The notes beneath the pieces are model-generated. The model made no database searches, was not told where the DNA came from, and saw only the letters and a program-made list of their open reading frames with translations. A stretch of 59,259 nucleotides of DNA, filler included. It is 5 parts of 5 records of this genome, joined end to end, with 100 filler letters (N's around TTAATTAATTAA, not from the genome) between each part and the next. Parts side by side here need not be neighbours in the genome. Positions count along the whole stretch, not along the records: positions 9,164 to 23,713 come from SRR20825019_2427; positions 23,814 to 37,543 come from SRR20825019_2429; 3 more parts are not named here. One strand, given 5' to 3'. How positions within the stretch are numbered: the stretch's first letter is position 1; each line of letters opens with the position of its first letter. Both the position numbers and the translations under genes were made by a program. Of the stretch, positions 19,888 to 27,000 are shown in pieces.

Positions 19888-20739
19888 TTGAGCGAGAACG
19901 GGGCCAAAACCGACCGGGCCGGACGGATCGACACTGCGAACCGCGATGCCTATGCGCCCCAACCCGCCCGCGGCGGATTGGGGCTCAAGGACGATCTGGT
20001 GATGGCGCTGCGCTTCTTTTCCCGCCTGCCTACGGGCGACGCGCCGCATGAAAAGCCCGATCTTGGCCGTATCGCCATGGCCTTGCCGCTTGCCTCGGTG
20101 GCGATGGGTATTGGTCCAATTTTGCTGCTTGCCGGGGTGTGGCTGGGCCTGCCCGGCTATTTTGCCGCGGCATTGTCAGTCGCGGCAATGGTGGTGGTCG
20201 GCGGCGGCATGATGGAGGACTCGATGGCCGATGCTGCCGATGGACTTTTTGGTGGATCGACGCCCGAGCGGCGACTTGAGATTCTCAAGGATAGCCGACA
20301 TGGCACCTATGGGGTGGCAACCCTGTGCCTGTTTCTGGTGTTGCGGGTGACCGCCATTGGCAGTGTGGCAACGGTCAATCCACTGGCCGCAGCAGGGCTG
20401 TGGCTGGCCGCCAATATCGCCGGGCGCTCCGGGGCACTGTGGGTGGCTGTGACGCTGTCCCCTGCCCGCGCCGGTGGCGCTGCGGCTGCTGCGGGCGAGC
20501 TGCCGGCATCGCGTTTCTGGATTGGGGCGGCACTCGCTTTGCTGTTGGCCTTCGTCATCGGGGCGCCGGCATCGAGCCTGCTTGGAGTCGCCTTTGCGTC
20601 TATTGCCGTTGCCCTTGTCGTCCTGGGGTGGGCGGCGCTCTGCAAACGGCTGGTGGGTGGACAGACCGGGGACCTGATCGGCGCGGCGGCGGGATTGGGG
20701 GAAATCGCGGCGCTGACCGTGTTGCTGATCTTTGCGTGA
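19888..20739 (+). CDS. cobS: Adenosylcobinamide-GDP ribazoletransferase (cobalamin synthase)
   Basis: FFSRLP, EDSMADAADG, LEILKDSRHGTYG and GGQTGDLIGA motifs; divergent from cobT. Confidence 0.92.
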   Translation: MSENGAKTDRAGRIDTANRDAYAPQPARGGLGLKDDLVMALRFFSRLPTGDAPHEKPDLGRIAMALPLASVAMGIGPILLLAGVWLGLPGYFAAALSVAAMVVVGGGMMEDSMADAADGLFGGSTPERRLEILKDSRHGTYGVATLCLFLVLRVTAIGSVATVNPLAAAGLWLAANIAGRSGALWVAVTLSPARAGGAAAAAGELPASRFWIGAALALLLAFVIGAPASSLLGVAFASIAVALVVLGWAALCKRLVGGQTGDLIGAAAGLGEIAALTVLLIFA

Positions 20740-20742
20740 CGC

Positions 20743-20771
20743 CTTGAAATCGCCGCGACCACGCCCTTTAT
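20743..20771 (+). promoter_or_regulatory. Possible RpoH-type promoter for the aspartic protease gene
   Basis: CTTGAA-N16-CCTTTAT. Confidence 0.45.
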
Positions 20772-20798
20772 CGAAAAGAGAACTGTGAAAGGTCAGAT

Positions 20799-21488
20799 TT
20801 GATGGGCTTTATCGGCATCGCACTGATCATAGCCGCCGGCATCGTTCTGCTGATCAGTGCCGACGCCGGGAGCATGGTGGGTCTCAACCAGATGCAGACG
20901 GCGCAATTGGTGCCGCTCCTGGTGCTGCTGATCATCTTTGCGGGGGGCCTGTTCACCCGACGGCACCGCGCCTCCGAACTGGTGGGCGGCTTGCTGCTTT
21001 GGGTAGGCCTGTTCGGCGTTGCCATGGTGACCTATGCCTATCGCGACGAATTGCTGGGCGTGGCCGGCCGGGTTGCGGGGGAATTGCAGCCCGGCGTCGC
21101 GCTGGTGGACAGCGAAGCGGGCAGTGCGACCTTCCGGCGCGGCATGGGCGGGCATTTCGAAGTCAATGCCACGATCAATGGTCACACCACGCCGATGATT
21201 TTCGACACGGGCGCAAGCGCGGTTGTGCTGACCATAGCAGATGCGGAAGCGGCAGGCGTCAATGTCGCGGGGCTGCGCTACACCGTGCCGGTATCGACGG
21301 CCAATGGCCAGGGCCTGGCCGCCCGTACTCGGCTCAACAGCATCGAGGTGGGGGGCATTGTGCGGCGGGACCTGACAGCCTTTGTCACCGAAGAAGGCGC
21401 GCTGGAAACGAGCCTGCTTGGCATGACCTTTCTCGAAACGCTCAGCCGCTACAGCGTGACGCAGAATTCGCTGGAGCTGGTCGACTAA
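20799..21488 (+). CDS. Clan AA (retropepsin-like) aspartic protease, TIGR02281 family
   Basis: N-terminal TM helices; GHF, FDTGAS, TANG and SLLGMTFL motifs. Confidence 0.92.
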   Translation: MMGFIGIALIIAAGIVLLISADAGSMVGLNQMQTAQLVPLLVLLIIFAGGLFTRRHRASELVGGLLLWVGLFGVAMVTYAYRDELLGVAGRVAGELQPGVALVDSEAGSATFRRGMGGHFEVNATINGHTTPMIFDTGASAVVLTIADAEAAGVNVAGLRYTVPVSTANGQGLAARTRLNSIEVGGIVRRDLTAFVTEEGALETSLLGMTFLETLSRYSVTQNSLELVD

Positions 21489-21580
21489 ACCGCGTCGCGA
21501 TCTTTCAGATTTGCGCTTTAGCTGCCTTTTTTGCGCATGTCTTTACCCCGAAACTGGAGGCCACTTGCGGGAGACATGCT

Positions 21581-22627
21581 TTAGGCCGTTGCGGCCAGCG
21601 CACGGTCTACCACGGCGGCTAGCGCGCGCATGAACACCTCCGGCCCTGCCTTGGGGCGGCAAGCGTCGACACTCAGTATCTGGCGAAACTGGCGGGCGCC
21701 AGGCCGGCCATTGGCCAGGCCAAGCATGTGGCGCGCGATATTGTTGAGGCGAGCACCGGCCTGCAACTCGCCCTCAGCGTAATCCGCCATCAGCGCCATG
21801 ATACCGGGGAGGTCGGGGACCGGACGGGCGTCACCAAAGACCCGCGCATCGACTTCGGCCAGCAGCATGGGATTGTGATAGGCGGCGCGACCCAGCATGA
21901 CACCGTCCATATGGACGAGATGCTCCAGGGTCTGGTCGAGCGTTTCGATACCGCCATTGATCATGGTGGGCAGCGGCGCGAGCCGCTTGGCCAGCCGGTG
22001 CACGCGCGGATAATCGAGCGGCGGAATGGTGCGATTTTCCTTGGGGCTGAGCCCCTGCAGCCAGGCTTTGCGGGCATGGACATAAAGCGCGTCAACGCCC
22101 GCTTCGATCATGGCGTCAGCGAAGCGATCAAGGCTTTCTTCGGTGTCCTGATCGTCGATACCGATCCGGCATTTGACGGTTACCGGTCGGTCCGTGGCCT
22201 CGCGCATAGCGCGGACACAGGTCGCAACCAGGTCGGGCTCGGCCATGAGACAGGCGCCGAAACGCCCCGACTGCACCCGATCGGACGGGCATCCGACATT
22301 GAGATTGATCTCGTCATAGCCGAAGGTCTCGGCAATCGTCGACGCCTGGGCCAGCTCCGCCGGGTCGGAACCGCCAAGCTGCAGCGCCACGGGATGTTCG
22401 ACCGCATGGAAGCGAAGATGGCGTTCGGCATCGCCATGCACGATGGCGCCGGAATTGACCATTTCGGTGAAGAGCAGGCCATGACGCGTCAACAGGCGAT
22501 GGAGGAAACGGCAATGCCGATCCGTCCAGTCCATCATCGGCGCCACCGAGAAGCGGCGGGACCGCTCCAGGGTGGTCGCATTCTGAGCTGTCGCCTGCTG
22601 CAAAGGGTCAGGTGCTCCGTCGTTCAT
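21581..22627 (-). CDS. dusA: tRNA-dihydrouridine synthase DusA
   Basis: FSVAPMMDWTDRHCR, NLNVGCPSDRVQ and HARKAWLQGLSPKENR motifs. Confidence 0.96.
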   Translation of the reverse strand: MNDGAPDPLQQATAQNATTLERSRRFSVAPMMDWTDRHCRFLHRLLTRHGLLFTEMVNSGAIVHGDAERHLRFHAVEHPVALQLGGSDPAELAQASTIAETFGYDEINLNVGCPSDRVQSGRFGACLMAEPDLVATCVRAMREATDRPVTVKCRIGIDDQDTEESLDRFADAMIEAGVDALYVHARKAWLQGLSPKENRTIPPLDYPRVHRLAKRLAPLPTMINGGIETLDQTLEHLVHMDGVMLGRAAYHNPMLLAEVDARVFGDARPVPDLPGIMALMADYAEGELQAGARLNNIARHMLGLANGRPGARQFRQILSVDACRPKAGPEVFMRALAAVVDRALAATA

Positions 22628-22628
22628 G

Positions 22629-23108
22629 TCAAAGCCAGCGCCGTGTCCTGGCCGCGTAATCCAGATAAGTTTGCCCGAAGGCGGCCTCAAGGCGGCGTTC
22701 CTCTACCGGAATGACCAGACGGTCAAGTGCCAGACAGAGCAAAGGCATCAGAACCACGCCCCAGTCCAGGCTGAACGCGATCATCACGCCCGTCATCAGC
22801 AACAGGATGCCGCAATAGAACGGATTGCGCGACCAACGGAAGACTCCACTGGTCACAAGTGCGGCAGGAGCGTCGTTGGGCCGCGTCGAGGCACCGCCAT
22901 TTGTCAACGCCCTGGCAGCTGCCACCTCAAGCGCCAGACCGGCGAAAACTAACCCAAATGCCAGGAGGTTGAGTGGCTCCCACCAGTCAGCTGGCGGCAG
23001 TATTGCCAGAGGTAGCAACCGTTCAAGCAGAATGGCGCCGGCCAGCAAGAGAAGCACATAGCCATCTGGGGGGACAAGCATGGTTGAGGGTAGCGCTGTC
23101 TTTGCCAT
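22629..23108 (-). CDS. Isoprenylcysteine carboxyl methyltransferase / PEMT family membrane protein
   Basis: LVTSGVFRWSRNPFY and EERRLEAAFG..Y..Y...TRRWL motifs. Confidence 0.88.
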   Translation of the reverse strand: MAKTALPSTMLVPPDGYVLLLLAGAILLERLLPLAILPPADWWEPLNLLAFGLVFAGLALEVAAARALTNGGASTRPNDAPAALVTSGVFRWSRNPFYCGILLLMTGVMIAFSLDWGVVLMPLLCLALDRLVIPVEERRLEAAFGQTYLDYAARTRRWL

Positions 23109-23151
23109 GGCTCCCGCATAGGCCGGGCCGCGCGCCCAGGCAATCCATTGA

Positions 23152-23165
23152 CTGATCTGGATCAA
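23152..23165 (+). promoter_or_regulatory. FixK/FNR-type box upstream of the USP gene
   Basis: CTGAT-ctgg-ATCAA, one mismatch to TTGAT-N4-ATCAA, about 60 bp before the start codon. Confidence 0.65.
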
Positions 23166-23225
23166 AGCGTGATGCCATGCGTTGATGCAGTGTGGGAACA
23201 CAAACAAGCGTCAAGGGAGTTCGCC

Positions 23226-23675
23226 ATGTATTCCAATATCGTGTGCGGTGTCGACGGTTCCGATCTCGCCAACAAGGCATTGCGCCATGCGCTGGCGTTG
23301 GCCGCCAAGACGGGCGGCAAGGTAACCGCCGTGACTGTGACAGAGCCATCGATCATCGTTGCGCCGGGCGCCGAGATCATGATGGTCGATACCAGCTCAA
23401 TCATCGAGGATCTCGACAAGGCCAAGGAAGAAACAGCCAAGGGTATTCTGGCCGATGCGGAAAAGATCGCCGGGGAAACCGGTGCGCACCTCGCCCAGAT
23501 GCATGTGGCCAACAGCCACGCGGCCGAAGGCATTCTGCACGCCGCCAAGGAGACTTCCGCGGATCTGGTGGTAATGGGCTCGCATGGCCGGCGGGGCCTG
23601 GGGCGCCTGCTGCTGGGCAGCCAGGCCGCCGAGGTGCTGGCCCATGCCGATATGCCGGTTCTGGTGGTGAAATAG
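23226..23675 (+). CDS. Universal stress protein
   Basis: IVCGVDGS and DLVVMGSHGRRGLGRLLLGSQAAEVL motifs. Confidence 0.95.
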   Translation: MYSNIVCGVDGSDLANKALRHALALAAKTGGKVTAVTVTEPSIIVAPGAEIMMVDTSSIIEDLDKAKEETAKGILADAEKIAGETGAHLAQMHVANSHAAEGILHAAKETSADLVVMGSHGRRGLGRLLLGSQAAEVLAHADMPVLVVK

Positions 23676-23713
23676 AGCTAACATGTCAGTGGTGGCATAG
23701 CGACGCGAAAGGG

Positions 23714-23813
23714 NNNNNNNNNNNNNNNNNNNNNNNNNNNNNNNNNNNNNNNNNNNNTTAATTAATTAANNNNNNNNNNNNNNNNNNNNNNNNNNNNNNN
23801 NNNNNNNNNNNNN
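23714..23813. other. Artificial contig-joining spacer
   Basis: N44-TTAATTAATTAA-N44. Confidence 0.99.
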
Positions 23814-23844
23814 CTCGAGGGTTCGAATCCCTCCGGCTCCGCCA
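23814..23844 (+). tRNA. 3' fragment of a tRNA, probably tRNA-Ser (truncated at contig start)
   Basis: T-arm GAGGG-TTCGAAT-CCCTC, acceptor strand CGGCTCC, discriminator G, CCA; anticodon not visible. Confidence 0.8.
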
Positions 23845-23912
23845 TATATTCATAAAGCATCTGAGAAACACAACAATCCTATGCGCGCTTACTCCTGCTG
23901 AGGAGCCAGGGT

Positions 23913-25187
23913 TCAGCTCCGCCGCGCCCGATACACCCTGTATGACCAGAAGACTGCCATAGCCGTGATGACCAGCCAACCAAGCAGGATGGCTTTAATC
24001 ATCTGCCCCATGCCTGCCAGGAAATCGAAGAGATCGACATTCCCTGTTCTCCAGAATGTCCACTCGCCAGCCAACTCGGTCGCCAACAGGGTATTCCCGG
24101 TCTCAAGAATAACGATGCCATCTCCCGAGGCAGGGTCAAACCGTGCAGTCGTATTGATCGCGGGTTCGTTTTTACCGTCATGTCCGACTATAAAATCACC
24201 CTTGTTGTTGGGGGCATACAGAACGGTTCCCAACCCCCATATGTCCGCGCCTGCTTGTGACGCATGAGGCTGACGCATCAACGCCACGGTCTCGGGAGTG
24301 AGGACACCTCTCCCCGCAGAGCGATCATTCAGCGGGAAATGTGCGTTAATAAAAGTCACCATGTCCTGGGCGCTGGTATAAAGCGATGTCGCGGCCAGCG
24401 ATGTGAATTTATAGTGTGTGGCATAGCTGCCGTCCTGATCATATATCTCAGCAATATCCGATGCTGGCAGCCCGTCGGTAATATATGTCGACCTGGTCAT
24501 TCCAAGCGGCTTGAAAACATGGTCTCGCATGTAGTCGTTGAACGACATGCCAGAGACCTCTTCGACGATAAGCTGGAGCAAGGTATAACCGCCGCCGGAA
24601 TATCTGTAGGCAACACCCGGCTGCATCCCTACTTTGACAACACCGGTTTTCCCCGGTGAGGCGTCCGACGCCTTTGTGAGCGATTCTTCCAGCGACTGCA
24701 CCTCTCCGTTAGGCAGGAACCCACCATAGCCCAGGTCGTCCGTCAGGCCCGCCGTGTGGCTGAGCAATCTCCGCACCGTCACGCCGCTGTTATCATAATC
24801 ACTGGGCGGGAGATGCCACCGCGTGAGATATCTGGATACAGGAGCATCCAGATCCAACAAACCCGCATCCACGAGGGACAAAACGCCCCAGGCTGATACC
24901 CACTTGCTCAAAGATGCGACTTGAAAAAGCGTATCTCTGTCGACGGCCCTGCCCACCGAGCTATAGTGCTCGTCATATATCTGGTTCTGCTTAATCAATA
25001 CAAAGGCCGCATTGCCGTTGGAACGCTCACTGATCGCCCCAACGCCTGCGGCCCAAAAGCCCTTGATGTCTTCGTCTGCGGCGATCGGTGAACGCCACCA
25101 ACCTTCGGTCGCGCCAACAGCGACTACACCCGCCCAAACCATGCCGCCAACGATTGCTGCCAGCAAAATACCCAGATATTTTTTCAC
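23913..25187 (-). CDS. Membrane-anchored serine hydrolase, beta-lactamase class C / S12 fold
   Basis: FQVASLSK (SxxK), LLSHTAG, YSGGGY and GHDG motifs; hydrophobic N- and C-terminal helices; GAGG RBS before GTG 25187. Confidence 0.9.
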   Translation of the reverse strand: MKKYLGILLAAIVGGMVWAGVVAVGATEGWWRSPIAADEDIKGFWAAGVGAISERSNGNAAFVLIKQNQIYDEHYSSVGRAVDRDTLFQVASLSKWVSAWGVLSLVDAGLLDLDAPVSRYLTRWHLPPSDYDNSGVTVRRLLSHTAGLTDDLGYGGFLPNGEVQSLEESLTKASDASPGKTGVVKVGMQPGVAYRYSGGGYTLLQLIVEEVSGMSFNDYMRDHVFKPLGMTRSTYITDGLPASDIAEIYDQDGSYATHYKFTSLAATSLYTSAQDMVTFINAHFPLNDRSAGRGVLTPETVALMRQPHASQAGADIWGLGTVLYAPNNKGDFIVGHDGKNEPAINTTARFDPASGDGIVILETGNTLLATELAGEWTFWRTGNVDLFDFLAGMGQMIKAILLGWLVITAMAVFWSYRVYRARRS

Positions 25188-25267
25188 AATACTTATCCTC
25201 GGTGTTTTTCCATTTGCACTCAAGTTCTATACGAGCCCCTGTTTTTCAACAATAATTGGCCCAAAGA

Positions 25268-25300
25268 TCGATAAACGGTGGTTTTGATTCGTTAAGTGGT
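25268..25300 (-). promoter_or_regulatory. LytTR-type imperfect direct repeat with 21-bp period
   Basis: Minus strand ACCACTTAACGA-N9-ACCGTTTATCGA, upstream of the hydrolase gene. Confidence 0.65.
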
Positions 25301-25341
25301 ATTAGAGGTACGGTAGGGAAACAAAGGCCGTGGGGGCATCA

Positions 25342-26853
25342 ATGAAGTCTACACTCTGGATATGCACGCTCCTCTTCTGGCTTTTTTGCTCGGCGCCCGG
25401 TATTGCTGGCAACCAGATGATAGAAATTGGGTCACTGACCACCTGTGCCGCCCCAACAGAGATCGACCTGGATAGTATTTTTCAGACCCCCGCCTGCCGG
25501 GAACAAGTCGTCAGGGATATTGACCTGGTCAACCAAAATGTTTGGGCAAGGACGCATCTCCAAATTAAGAAGACAAACGCAGCGTTGGGATTATTCATAT
25601 CCGGAAGCGCTTCAACTGCGGTCTATTTGAATGGTGCGTTTATCGGCCAGAACGGCGAGCCGGGCAAAAACCGAGGGACAGAGATTCCCGGGAAGATGGA
25701 CAGCGTTATCTATCTCCCACCGCACCTGCTGAAGGACGGCGAAAACAGCATCACGCTCCACCTTTCCAGCCACCATGGTTTTTTAGGTTTGCAGCGCCCC
25801 CTTCACCGGATCCACATCGGTCCCTATTCCTTGCCAACAGGCAACATATTGCGGCGCTATTTGCCCTCATTACTGAGCTTCGGGGTCTTCCTCGCAGGTA
25901 GCTTTTATTTTGGTGGGATGGCTTTGCGAAGCTTTGACAGGACCGGATCGTTATTGTTGAGCCTGATGTCCTTTTCCGCGCTGGGACAGCTGAGTGCGGA
26001 GGTCTGGCGAGGTGTGAGCGCTTACGCCTACCCCGTACATGAAGTTCGTCTACTTCTTATCCTGTTTTTCGCCCTTGGCTTTGGCTTCTGTGTCACCGCT
26101 TACATTCACCACCGGTTGGGAAGGACCAAGTGGTGGAAACCGTGTGCTTTCATCGCTGTCATGACCATCGTTATCACCGCGGCCATGCCTGGGTATGACA
26201 CCAAAACCATTACTGCCATTCTGGCGCCCACGCTTCTGAACGCAGGGTATCTACTGTGCCTGCTCATCGGCAAACGGCTAACCCACCCCAGTTATCTCGC
26301 CGCCCTACTACTTTTTTTTGCAGCTGTTTTCTTTTCCCCGACGGAATTTCTGGACGTGTCTTTCTACTATATTCTGGCGAGCCTGCTGTCGTTTCTCTTT
26401 ATCCGGCAAGCCCGTTATTTTGCTGAAGAACGGCGACAGCGAATTGATGAGACCGCACGAGCACAACGCTTGGCGGATACACTGAAAAGAGCGCAAAAAG
26501 GCGCTGCAATGGACAACATCACCATTACCAACAAAGGCAAACTGGAGTTGGTCACAACCGAAGCTCTCGTCTACGGCAAGGGTGCCGGCGACTATGTAGA
26601 ACTCCACTTCAAAGCCCAGAAAAACTATAAGCTATACAGTGGTTCCGTTGGTCAGCTTGAGCACAACCTGCCCCTGACCTTCGTGCGCGTACACCGCTCG
26701 TATATCGTCAATACTGCTTATGTAAAAGGGCTCGTATCCGTGGAAAAGGGCGGCGGCAAACTGGAACTGACCGGCAACATACAAGTTCCGGTCAGCCGCA
26801 GGATCATGCCAAAGGTGCGCGCCCTGCTGGAAAACAGCTCAGCAAAGGCCTAG
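25342..26853 (+). CDS. Membrane one-component regulator: extracytoplasmic beta-domain + about 7 TM helices + LytTR DNA-binding domain
   Basis: Signal peptide; VYLNG...LKDGENSITL jelly-roll-like segment; hydrophobic helices; C-terminal GDYVELH...FVRVHRSYIVN...VPVSRR. Confidence 0.88.
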   Translation: MKSTLWICTLLFWLFCSAPGIAGNQMIEIGSLTTCAAPTEIDLDSIFQTPACREQVVRDIDLVNQNVWARTHLQIKKTNAALGLFISGSASTAVYLNGAFIGQNGEPGKNRGTEIPGKMDSVIYLPPHLLKDGENSITLHLSSHHGFLGLQRPLHRIHIGPYSLPTGNILRRYLPSLLSFGVFLAGSFYFGGMALRSFDRTGSLLLSLMSFSALGQLSAEVWRGVSAYAYPVHEVRLLLILFFALGFGFCVTAYIHHRLGRTKWWKPCAFIAVMTIVITAAMPGYDTKTITAILAPTLLNAGYLLCLLIGKRLTHPSYLAALLLFFAAVFFSPTEFLDVSFYYILASLLSFLFIRQARYFAEERRQRIDETARAQRLADTLKRAQKGAAMDNITITNKGKLELVTTEALVYGKGAGDYVELHFKAQKNYKLYSGSVGQLEHNLPLTFVRVHRSYIVNTAYVKGLVSVEKGGGKLELTGNIQVPVSRRIMPKVRALLENSSAKA

Positions 26854-26971
26854 GGCAGCGCCGCAGGAAAGCCCTAAGCGAAGTCCCCTAGGCAATATGC
26901 TAAATTTTTGATAGCAAACAGCCCGTAGCCAGCGGCGTATCGACATGGTTCCCACTCAGATATGCTCAGAA

Positions 26972-26996
26972 GAAAAGCCCGGTGAAAAAACCGGCA
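26972..26996 (-). terminator. Terminator after wzc
   Basis: Minus strand GCCGG-ttttttca-CCGGGC followed by TTTT. Confidence 0.5.
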
Positions 26997-27000
26997 ATCG

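Noticed and set aside
21581-23108. dusA-associated genomic island
   Set aside because: No integrase, no duplicated dusA fragment and no compositional shift seen.
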